From NCBI GenBank assembly GCA_036172245.1, contig JAYWIR010000005.1, forward strand, positions 1,240,001 through 1,304,000: DNA of 64,000 bases. Reading direction: 5' to 3'. A program made the translations under genes and the position numbers. Under the pieces are notes generated by a model, which ran no database searches, was not told the origin of the DNA, and was given only the letters and a program-made list of their open reading frames with translations. Origin of the DNA: Raillietiella orientalis (taxonomy: Eukaryota). Of the stretch, positions 1 through 12,000 are shown in pieces (position 1 is the stretch's first letter; each line of letters starts with the position of its first letter).

Positions 1-700
1 CGAACACGGTCGTCTGGCATTTCGCGGTAAGGAATTCGTGGTTTACGTATTTGATGATCCGGTGCTTGCTGGATGCTGTTTGGGTATTGCGTTGTTAGGT
101 GAAAGCGTAGTTGTGTGTGTGTACACAATCCTGCGTGGCATCCAAACCTCATCCCATCCCGATTTATCTAGGATAATCGCGACGTCGAAAGTCGTGAGGT
201 CCGGGAAAAAAAAAAGAAAAAAAAACGGGATGTGTTACCATGGTGCGACTGACGATTATTTTTTATTGTTTTGGAACCATCGGAGCGCGCGTGCTGCTGA
301 TTAGGCTCTGTCAGGGAGTAGAGAGGAGTTAGAGTACTGTATCCTGAGGGAATCTCCACGTGCAGCGCACAGGGCGAGCAGATTTATGGCAGTGATCGAC
401 AGAACGCGGTCCTTCTGTCTCGGCATTCAATTACTTTTATCCCACGACATTTTGACTATTTTTGTAAACCCATCGATGCTCATAAACCCAATCCGGTGAA
501 TGATGTGATCAATAATGTGATTAATCCAGATAGAGCGGGATGCTGGGCTGACGCCGCCCCTAACGTGGAAAGGTAGGTTGGCGGCGGCATAAAAGCGCTG
601 CCCATCCGGAGGAAAGTGGCAGTGCTGCCGAAGCATTAGAAGGCTTACCTCAAGGCCGCCGCCGACGGACTTTCTAACGCTTGCCTCTTTTGTTTTTAAG

Positions 701-834
701 GAGATCGCATAATAAGTGTCAACGACGAATCCATCCTGGGCAAGTCTTACGCAGATGTAATACACATGATTAAGAATAGTCAGCCCACGGTGAAGCTGTC
801 TGTGATACCCAAGGAGGAAGACGTGCTGCAAAAG
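701..834 (+). CDS. ARHGAP21: RhoGAP exon encoding the C-terminal half of the PDZ domain
   Basis: Acceptor tttttaag|GA and donor AAG|gtaatt. Translation (G)[44 protein letters not shown] is typical of the ARHGAP21-family PDZ. Confidence 0.9.
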
Positions 835-3800
835 GTAATTGCCCACCACCTTGATCCGTACGCAGTTCCCATTAGAAAGCGAATATCCGCTTCCTTTTCT
901 GGTCCTAGCCCCGAGACGCCCGTCTTTCTCCCCTCTCCTGCGGCTGAAAACGTGTTAATTGGTGACCGGTTCCCGTGTGTGGGGGGAGCTCGCTAAGCCT
1001 CGGGGGAGAGTGTGTCCGTTCGCACCTGGGGAACGGTTAAAGGTGTTGCGCTCCCTTCTCCCGACTTTCACCGGGTGTGCAAGTCCAGGAGCAGCCGCTC
1101 TGAAATCCCGATGCGCTCTGCCATCTTCCCAGCTAGCGCGCTGCCATTTTTTCGAGACCTCCTCCGTCTTTCAAGAAGTTTCGAGCGTCGCGGCTGGAGG
1201 GCGACTTTCGCACAGTCCGAGTCGTCGGGCTGGTTCCCTCGCGGCCGGCGGGTCCTTCCTGCTGCCACAGCGCTTGCTCCCTGTTGCGGGTTCCCGTGAA
1301 AAATTGGGGATGCGCGGAACCGGTACAGATTCGTTCAAGCCACCGGTCATCATCATCATGTTTGTCAGTGCGCCCTGTACAGTTTTGCGTTTTGCTGGGG
1401 GGGGGGGGAGGGGGGGGACACCACATAGCAGAGCCTTGTCTCGTTGATGGGCTGCCTGACTTCTGTCACGTTTCTGCTCCACCTCGCGCTTCCAAGATTG
1501 CAGGTCGCCTTCTCCACGGTCGTCGTTCAAGGTGCCGTGGTCGTTTCGGTTCTCCGCGTCAATTGCTCGCTCCTTGTTGAGTGTTCGTCGAGGGGTTCCT
1601 TTCCTTTTGTTTACGTACAACCTGTGTACAAAGCCGACAGCGGCCGGTATCAGAGTGATGGAAATGTTTCCTTTGTTATGGTCTCTGTCTCTGTCTCTCT
1701 TCATTCTCCTGATGCACGGCCATCGAGAATGGAAGAGTACATTTTGCAGCACGTTGAATGAATTCCAGGAGACAGAGCATGCGGATGGCGATGGACCCTT
1801 CAGCACTGGTTTACTCGGTTTTTATCGGTATATCTTGATTCCGTCCATCTCTCCTCTCGGAAAACAGCGCGCGTCCAAAGAGCTCTCTCTTCTCCCAACC
1901 TGAACGGGTTTCCATTTTTCGGGCAGCTTTTTGTAGCCGAGGACGTTATTCCTTCCGATTCTGGAAAATTCCGTAGTGCCCCGTGCGATCTCGTCCGCTT
2001 TGCGGGTATCCCAGTTTTCGTGTCTCGCGAGGCGGTCATGAATTTTTCCTCCAGGATGCTCCCGAATCTCTTGCATTCGTCCTCCCCGGGGATTTCGCGT
2101 CCTGCGATGGAATCTCCACAGGGCACCTGTGTGCTTTGCAAGGCGGCATTCGTTGCAAGTCCCGTGAGGGAATCATCATTTTCTTTCGTTATGTTCGCAG
2201 GCGGTTCGTCTCGTACGGCAGACGGTCACCCGATGGATGCAATGCTTCCACTTCTTCAGCCGAGCGCGTGTGTACCTAACGAGTGTGACCATCGTTCGTC
2301 CGTCGTTCGCTGCCGTATGGGACTCGCGTGTGGTGGGTGCATCTATGCGGAACATGTTTACGGCTGGCATTGGGTCTCCGCGTGCTCATCGGCGGGTCCC
2401 TCTGTGTGTCGAACGACCTTCACGATGAAGAGTTCTGCAGACCCGTCGCCGCCTAACGTGTTTTCCGCGGCACGTGTGCCGCCTTCGCTGGTTCCACGGC
2501 CCTTCGACGGGATGCTGCGAGTTCTCATGGGAAAACTTGTTCTTTTTCAGTGTTATTCTGACACTGCCTACAATCCAGAAACGAACCCACGACCCCACGA
2601 AATCCATCAGATCACGCACGCGTCATTCCATTCTCCATTTTTGCAAGAATCTCAGCTTAGCAGAAGAGACAAAGAACTTCTAGACAAGAAGCAGAAGTTT
2701 CTGGGTTCGTGGGGCGACGGGCAGCAAAATAACATCATTTCCGGACATCCTCAAGAACTCCACAGTCCCGCCTGCCCTCCCTCACTACCTCTCCACGTGT
2801 CGAAATCTCCTGGCAACCAGTCCGAAGTGCATCCCAGCAAGCATTTGGATGCCCCCAGAATTTTGTCGACGGTAGCCGTCCCGCAGCCTTACGTGAGCCT
2901 CAACGTGTCTGCGAAAACGGAGAAGGCGAACTCTCCGTTCTGGGACTGCTCTTCACCGTTCAAAGTGGGCTCGCCGGACGCTGCTCAAGTGCCTCAAGAT
3001 TTCGAAAATGTGTACACGTTCCGACTCGTGTCCCAGCGTGCTAGAGACTTCGAATCCGGGAGGATGGATCAGAAAGTTGGCTACCCGACCAACGAACTGT
3101 CCAGAGTTTCCACGAAGAAAATCTTCCCCTACGTATCGCTCAGAAAGAAGGAGTACGAAGAAAAAGTGGAAGAGAAGAACAGTAGGGATGGCAGCTTCCT
3201 CACGACTCCCGGTAAAATAAAATAAAAAAAAAATTTAAAACAAAAATCTCATTTAAATCTTCTGTTTATTGTTATTGTTGTTGTTGTTACGATCAGCAAT
3301 TCGTTTCTTGTTCCTTAGATGCAGCAGCCACAGACAACGATGTGTGCTCCTCTGATTCTGTGCCCGGGATTGTGCGCATTCGATCGTTTAACACGGAAGT
3401 CTTGAAACCAGTCACCCTTTCCGACGGTAATGGCGCTGAGCAGTTCTTTAGCAAGTGTGACGTTCGTGCAGAGACGAAAGCAGAAACTCCCACCCCGGAG
3501 ACTTCGCACCACACGCCTCGCAACCAGCTGACCATCATCGGAAGCAGCAAGATCCACTGCGACCCCCCCGCGGACATGCTCCCGCCCGTCGCCGGTTCGG
3601 AAGGTGAGCGGGGCGCCCTCGCGCGCCCAGCGCCCAGTCCAAGTGAAAGGGCCGCCCCTGTTCTTCCGCGACCCATCCCGATGCTGTAAAAAGGATCCGG
3701 CGCCACTCGTGGCGCGAAAGCATTGCGAGATCAGTCCGCGAATACGTCTTCCCACTCCCTCCCTTCTCCCCAAATCAAGCGGAAGTGAATCTTGGTACAG

Positions 3801-6800
3801 CGCCGTGCAGTTTCCCTCTCCCTTACCTCGTTCCACGCGCGGGGGTGTATTGCAGTTTCCAAGACGATGCGACCTGCAAAAGTGGCGGGATCTGCGGAAG
3901 CAACCCGTTTCTCAGCGCGGGACTGCCCGCCCTGCTGCCGGAGCCGCTGTTCCTTTCATAGCAGCGGCGGCAGCAGCAGTCCCGTTGTTGTTGCCGACAT
4001 ACGTAAGAAGGGATTGCTCCATACGGAACGATTATTGCGCTCTTCGGCACTGGCGATGGGGCGGACTTCCTTTGCATCCGCTGCGTTCGTCTGCGATCGT
4101 GCGGCTGCGCACGCGATCTCTTCCGAAAGGAGAGGAAGGCACGTTGCGCCGTCCTCCGCTGGAAGAGCTGACCAGCAGCACGCTGCTTTTTTCGTCCGTG
4201 TGTGCCGGAGGAAAGTAGAGTGTCGTCGGTCCTCCCGTGCAGCAGCAGCACCTCGCGCTTCCGCTGTTATCCAGGCGCCTGCCTGCCTTGTCGACCGGCA
4301 AAGGAAGGGAGTCGTCGATTTGATCTGCGCGCTGCGTTTCGCGCCTCACTCCAGCGGACGTGGGGGGGGGAGGATTCAGGACCTTTCGTTTATCATCGTA
4401 TTCAGTCCTCAGCGCTCGCAACGCCCCGCCCGGGTCTGTCAGCATCGTGAGCTCATTTTCCGCCGCGCCGTCTTCGGCGAAGCCGAAAGTGGCAGAAACT
4501 CGCATTTAACGGATTCTGAACGCACGCACGTACCATCCGCCGGCGTGGTGCCTTCGTGTGCAGCCAGAGATCTCTGCACAGATAACAGTTTTGCCGCTTC
4601 GGCTCGGCCTTCCAGAACGAGCAGTGATGGATGGATGCGGCATCGCTGTTCAGCAACACGCGTCGTTAAGCCTGCTGTCATTGTCTGCTTAAGTAACTCG
4701 ATGTAGAACCAATGGCGCTTCTATTTGGGGGGGGGGGGCTCTTTTTCGTTCGTTTTGCTTGCTTGTAAGCGTTGTTTGTCTAGAAGGATTCGGGATGCTG
4801 CACACGCCTATTCGTGTTTGCATGCTGCTGTCGGCTTCTACGCTTCCTTGATAGATCGCTGTTGCATGCGATGAAGTGTACCGTCTTCTTTCAGGCAATA
4901 AGTTCTCCAAGCAGCCTCTGAGGAAAAGCTCGTATTTGGCGGCCATCAGGTCGACTTACGTTGATGCAGGTTCGAACAAGATGTACCAAGGTAACTGCCC
5001 CGATTTGTATGTGTGTGTGTGTGTGTCCTTCCCCCGTTAGGATTCGGTTAAATGGCGAGCATTAAAAAGAGGCAAAAAAAAAAAAAAAGGAATTTGCGAG
5101 AGACCCAAGCTGTTCCAGCTTCCAGTAGAGGCACGCGTTATAAAAGAGCGAGCGGAAGCATCTTCGCGGTGGCCATCTTCTATCGTTTCCCATTGCTTGA
5201 ACACTCCGTTTTCTTGCGGAAGTTGCTCAAGAACTCCACAGTGTGGTAAATGTTCTCTCTATTTTAGACTTGTCGCAGTTTCCATACGTTGAAGAGGAGT
5301 CCTCCTTGGTGCATGACAACAGGTGAGTCTGACTGCACTTGGCCGGTTTCTCCTTTTCGGTCTAAAGGCAAGCCGAGCAACCGAGATTTCGGTAACCTTG
5401 CCAACCATGGACGCGCGATCGCGTGAAGTTTGGAACGCTCGTTTGCTTGTTTTTAATCCCGGTTTCGGGACTTTGGAAAGTCAATCTTGGTTCCGTCCCC
5501 GCGCAAGTCTTTCGACCGATGTTGCTTCTTGCGATGCCACCACCTCGTGCGACCGGAATCTTTTCTTTAGGTTCCGGAGCCAGCAATCTTGTCTTTGCTC
5601 TCCGCAAAGACAAGATTGCTGGCTGATGAATGCGAACCGTCCCGAAAGCGATTTTTGGTTGCCGACGACGCTGAGATTTCATGCGACGGGTGCGGCGACG
5701 TCCGGTGTGTGGTCGGGAGGGAGGCCAATTTGGTGGACCGTGATCCCACGACTTTTCCTTGCGTTTCATTTCGTAGTGGGCAGCAGGTTTCTTGGATCAA
5801 CGATTTCTCGAAACGGGGTAATTTGCTGATGAAGGTGCTCACTCTTCACGGCAAGGTAAGACGTGACCGTGCCATTCACGGTACTAACGACCCAGCAGAA
5901 GGCTCACGACAGATCCTGGAAGATGGTCACTATCGGCCTGAGGGGGCACTTTTTGCATTTTCTTCACGAGGCCAAAGACGGTCACCTGGTAGTGTATCGC
6001 TTGCGTGCGCTGCTGGAAGAGTAAATGGTGAAACCTTTTGACTTTGTCTCTGATCAAAGGTTTCGGAAGACGTTCCAACGGACGTGGAAAACTGTCAGGC
6101 CGAAGCTGCCGACGACTACAAGAAGAAGAAGAACGTGTTTCGCATAGTCACCAACGGCAACTGCGAGTTTTTGTTCCAAGCTGAGGATAGCAGCGATATG
6201 TTCATCTGGATACGAGCGTTTCGTATGCACAGTGCCGTCAGCCACGTACCTGAGGTAGGCAGGCAGCCCTTGCGAGGCATGCGCCACTCGCCCATCCCAT
6301 CGTTCCAGGTCGCCCCGCAAGAGAAAGGTTCCATCGGCAACCAGCCTCTGTTGCATGGTTCTCATCTGTTCCGTGCCAGCATCCACAAAGGTTTGTGGGA
6401 AACTCGGCTTGGCCTTCTTCGCTCCCCGACGTCTCCTCTTGAACGGATGTGGGAACTCTGCCCCCCTCGCGCGTCCGGCAAACTCGGCGATCCATCGTTT
6501 TCCATTTGTGTGGAAAATGAGTGCTTTGGAATCAACACAGGCAGTGGAAGTGTCGCGGTGTACGGATCTCGCAAACAACACGATCTCAGTCAGTTTGTCA
6601 GGCTCGAAAAGGACATTTCGTTCGTTCGTTTATTCGCTTAGGATTCATAAATGAGCTTGCAGTCCATTTCGTTAAGGGACTTTCCTTTTGCCCGTAATGC
6701 ATGGAGTGGCCCTTGGTGTTCCCGATGTTGGAATTTTTATTTTTTTTCGCCACGAATTTCCTCATGCGTTGCTCAAATTTCGACGTTTGCGGCCGCACGG

Positions 6801-8985
6801 GATTGGACCAGAATTCTACATACAGTGTTTCGTGTAAAGCTGTACCTGGTCGCACGGTATTCTCCTTCCTTGTGACTGACTTTATCTTTCATCTGCCCTC
6901 GGGAAGGAAATGGAAATCTTTGAATTTGCATATCAAAAAGAAACTTAGGGCCTCCATTACGTTGAGTTGTTCTTGTTGTTGTTCGCTTGTTTCGCCATGA
7001 GCACGCTTAAACGTGTACATCATTAAAGCGTGTTCTTTCGAAATTAACGACCACAGGTGTGAACCGACACTGATTATCCCAGATGCTCTCATTTGCATTC
7101 CCGTAAGATTGCTCGTCGTGCTCGCAGTGTTTCTCTTCATCCCCAGACGATGACGACGCGATGTAACCGTTCGCAGGCTGAAACCTGCAGGAGCGAATGT
7201 TTGTCTGTCGTGGTTTCTTCCTTTTGTTCAGTGTTTCGCGATCCGAAGTCGACTTTCCCCTGTTCGGAGGCTGTGCCCACGTGTCTTATTCTTTTCCTGC
7301 AATGCTTGGAAGCCAACGTCAGCGAGTTCTGGCGTGAAGACATAAGGCGGGTCTGCGAGACAAACAAAAGCTGTTGTCATAGACTTGGTAGTCAGGAGAA
7401 TGCTCTTGCGCTTACCCACGGGCTGAAGAGCGCTGACTGAGGGGTGCTTACGTTCAAGCCGAATGATATTTGAAAAGTTTTGCGCCGAGCTCAGGAGCTT
7501 CCTAGGTTATGGTGGTGCTTACAACTCCCAACGATGCTTGCACTGGAGTGCTTGCGGATTTTGCGTGTAATTAACATGTAGGCGCCCTCTTCGTGGTGCA
7601 CTTACCCGGTGTTTGGATGTTTTCGTTTCGGATGCCACTATTAGGAGAAATAGGGAGTGAGGGGAAAGTGTCGGTAAAGAAGCCCCCTCCCCCCCCCCCC
7701 CAAAAAAAAAAATGTGTCTTCTGCATTTTCCCTTCCATCCTGAGGAACATTGACCAACTTACAGCCGGAGTGCGGATGCGTGGTTTCTTGCCGGTGCCTT
7801 CTTGCAAACGATTCCTGCCTTGACTTTTGAAAATCAGTGAACTCTTGGTGAACTTTCTTTTCTCCTCCCATCGTACTTTTCTGATGGATGAAACGTGCTC
7901 AATGGCGAGCACCGTACTCACTGGAAGGTGCAGAAATGCTGGAAAAGAGAGGAAGCACATTATTCTGACGAAGAGGATCATAGCATCGGGTGGAGTTGAA
8001 GTCTCGGTCACATGAGCTCCCACGCCTTGGGGGCTACGTGCGCTGCCTGCGCATGGCTTTGTCAAGCAGGCATAGCATCGGGTGTTTAACAGATTACAAT
8101 TCACCTTTGCCACTTCTCTCTTCACGCCTTAAAAAATCAGTTCCAGTCCGAGTTCCACACACCTCCGCGCGTGCCAGAAGCAGGCTGGCGTACCTTTGAT
8201 TCTGTTACGCGGCCAAGCTTCTCTTGGTGACGCTTACATTTGGCTACTCCAGCGCCATTATTCTTCCTCTGTCGGACCCCTTCGAATGTTTGGCCTTCGT
8301 CGATATCCTCGCCAGCCTATCTGGAGGAAAAGCCCCTCTCTTACCAAGGAAACCGTTTACATGTAGCCTGGCGTTCATTGTTCGCGCTCCTTGAATTCAT
8401 TCTTGTTTCCATTTTTAGATTCATTGTTGTCTGCGAAGGGAAAGATATGGAAGGACAAGATGTCACGAACGTGGAGGAAGTCCCACAATTCTTACACCCA
8501 GCTGGCTCATCCTTGCAGCCAGAAGACCTTCGGTATCCCTCTGGAGTCGTGTCCACCATCCACCGTCAGCCAGATGCTTCCGTACATTGTGGAGCTGTGC
8601 TGCAACCTCGTCGAGCGGAAGGGGCTGAGTGTCGTCGGCGTTTACCGCATCCCCGGGAACAAGAGTGCGGAAGCAGCACTCATCGATTCCCTGAACAAGG
8701 GGATCAAGAACTTCGACTTGATGGTATGGCACTGATGGCCGCGAGCGCGGAGGGAATCCGTCCACCGCGAACGTGGTGGTTTTAGCATGACCCTCGCTGG
8801 AGCGATGTGCACGTCATCTCCAGCGTGTTGAAGTCTTTCTTCAGGAACCTGTCCGAGCCCCTGATCACCACCGACTTGTACCCCCATTTCATGGAAGCCA
8901 TCAGGACCGAGGACCTCGACAAGAAGCTGGATCTCGTCTACAAACTGGTGAGTCAAACTGCGAACCTCTTCCTGCGTTCACGCTG

Positions 8986-9033
<48 letters not shown>

Positions 9034-12000
9034 CAGCTCCAGGATTTGCCTGACCGCCACTACGAGACGTTGAAGTTCCTCATGTTGCATCTGAAGAAGG
9101 TCGCGGATAAGAGCGACGTGAACCGGATGGATCCCAAGAATCTTGCAATCGTCTTCGGGCCGACCCTGATCCGAGCGGCAAACAGCGAAACCCTTATATC
9201 CAACGTGAAGGATCACTGTGATCTCATCGAGCTGCTCATCATTCACGTGAGTTCAAGGATTTCGACGTGTCCGCGCCCTCCTTCCTCACGGTACTGTCCT
9301 CCCTCTAGTCTCCTTGGTTCTTCGACGCCACCGATTCAGACGTCCGAAAAGAAGCAGACAGTCCGGAAGAGTCTGATACAACGGAGAACCGCATCCAGCA
9401 GCGTTCCTGTTTTTTCCTGGACGCAGATCACCGTAAGAACCGACTGCTGCTGTTGTGGCTGGGGTTGCCTCTTAATGCCTGCTGCTGCCACTGTTCTTGG
9501 TGCTCGTGTTTTTCTTCTCGGTGTGACGTGTCTTCCTCAAGGAGTTTCATCGCTAGAGTTACAAAGTTTTGAGGCCGCAGACCCTTGAGGCAACTTTTTT
9601 CCTCTCCTTAGGAAAAGAGGCTGCTTCTCAGTTGTTGTCTTTGGTTTGTTCATTCAATGGAAAGAAGACCGGCGGAGAAACGTTCAATCCCAGTCTGTTT
9701 CGAGGAGGGTGGTGCGATGAAATTCCTTGCTGCAGCTGAAGGAACGAACCTTCTGGAATGTACAGAACCCGGAAAAGATGCTGCTGAAGTGGGAAAGAAT
9801 TGCTCCGCGGTGCTTCCTAAGTCTTTTTTTTGTTGTTGTTTTGCCTTAGGAGGGCAGGTTCCGTGAAAGAACGTATCCTCCGCTCCCATTTCTCGCCAGG
9901 GGAATGCGAGAACATTCTTGTCTGTTTTTTTTTTTTTGTTGTTGAACCATCTGCCCTCCTCCTTTCTTTTCTCTGGTGCTCTCAGAGCACGCCGATCAGA
10001 CTCGTGACCTCGCGTATCTTGAAGTGGCCGTACAGAGTAGCGTGCCCTCCAGAGTCTCTGCCGATTTTTGAGACAAGGATGCGATGCAGATTTCGAGATG
10101 TGCTGCCTGTGGACCACGGCCAAGTCGGATCCACTGCAGCTGTGGAAATACAAAGGCGATTCCGCGCCTCTGCGGCTCCCGCCAGTCTTCCTGTCATGCC
10201 GATGCACCCGAGCCGCCATTTTCTGCATTCCATGTTGCCTTTGAGAAGCAACACCCCCTCGTGTAGGTGCAGTGATGCGACTGCCCAGGGGCGGAAAGGG
10301 ATTCATTTTTTTCTTGCCGATGGCCTCCTGTATCCAGTAGGTTTTGCAAACATCCGGGGAAGTGAGGGAGTACCAGGAAAGCAGTGCTTGAGACAGTGCT
10401 GCGATTGTCTTGAAAGTGGGAAAGGAAGGTGGTGAACCGTGTATCGCACATTGCATTCATCCCATCCGGGTGGTCGGAATGAGGACTTTGGTGGTGTCCG
10501 TGGACGGAAACCTTAGAGGTTCTTGCGCTCTACTTATCGAATGCACTGTGCTTCTTAGATGTAGTAAGTGGATCCCCTCGTCGTTTGGACTAGGGGGCAA
10601 GATACTCACCCGGCCAGTGCTTCCGTGTCGTGCACTGTTTCCAGAGTGCGGTTCTACCGATCGGTCCGTCTCGCTGAATGGCGAAACTGTTTTTCCGTTT
10701 GAAAATCAACCAATAGGATGATGAAACGTAGGCGTGAATAACTTTGCCTCTTTTAAGACGGTTTCTACCCGCCGTATGAAAGGGATGGCCAGTGGTTAGT
10801 GCCAGAAGTAATTTCACGTTTCCCGAAGCATTTGGTCGACGGAAGGTTGAGTTTTTCATTGAAAGGTTCTCCTCAGTGCTTTTTCTTTTCCAAGAAAAAA
10901 GCACCGAGGCTCCTTTAATGGCTTCAATGGCAGAGGCTCCTTTTTTTTTCTTTTCCAAGCTTTGCACCTCGAAATTTCTTCCCCTCTCTCTGCTTTGCAC
11001 GCTCCTGAAGACTTTGACTCACCGCCACCGGTGTAGCCTTCCTTTCCGGTTTCTCCAGGGCGTTGTACCACCAGCATGGTGATCGCCGTTCCTCTAGGGG
11101 TTGCTCTTTCCGCTTACGGGTCGTAACGTGGTGCATCTTCGGTCAGTTTGGCATTGAAAACCAGGTAAAGCCACTTTCTGGCATCTCTTGCCACTGCAGC
11201 AGCTCGTCTATCGCACCATCTGCAAGTGCATCCAGGGAGCAGCAGGGCCCTTTTCTTTGTAGCCAGGGGGACCATGCGATTCCTGTCGATGGGAAGTTTC
11301 GTCAGGTTCCAGACGGTAAAATTGGTGGAGCGGAAGGCAGCTCCTGGTATTCGGTTCTGTTTCGTTTTCAAGCTCAAGGTTGCACACATGCCCGATTTAA
11401 TTTAGTGGAACAGTGGATGTGTGGATATGTATTACATGAATTTGTTTGTTTTTTTGCGTACCGAATTCTGTTTGTCTCGAGCAGTAAAGAGTGGATGTCG
11501 TTCCCGGGAAAACGCTGCAGTTTCCTTTTGCCTTTCAACTGCAGAAGAACCCTGCAAAGAAGGGAGATTCTAAGCAGCCAACTAAAAAAAAAAGAGAGTG
11601 CTTTTTGGTCATTATCGTGGGTAATAAATAATATTTATATAAAAGCGAATGCAGTAAGTACCTGAAAAAAGATTTCACTGTTCCGTAACGGCCCGATCTG
11701 CTTAGACAGGTGTGGTCGGTGCGTTCTTCCGTTGCCCGTCACCGTCAGTTTTGTGACTTTGATGTGCATCCTCGTGTTCCCGAAAATGCCGGTGCTAATC
11801 ATCATGTGTGAACTTTTAGATGCTTGCAGATCTCTGTCCAAAAACATGGATTCGAAGAACATCACGTCTGCGGTCATCAACGCAGCCCGCAAACTGACTA
11901 TGGGTGCTCAACAGGTTGGTACCTTCCCATCTCATTGTCTCCTTTCATCCCATATCTTCAAACTTAGCCAATGGGGAGCAGCACGGCTGTATCGCCAGCA

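Noticed and set aside
3604..4706. 204-aa and 304-aa + ORFs after RhoGAP exon 3319-3603
   Set aside because: Exon 3603 joins 4895 in phase without them and they show no family motifs. Hidden alternative exons cannot be excluded.
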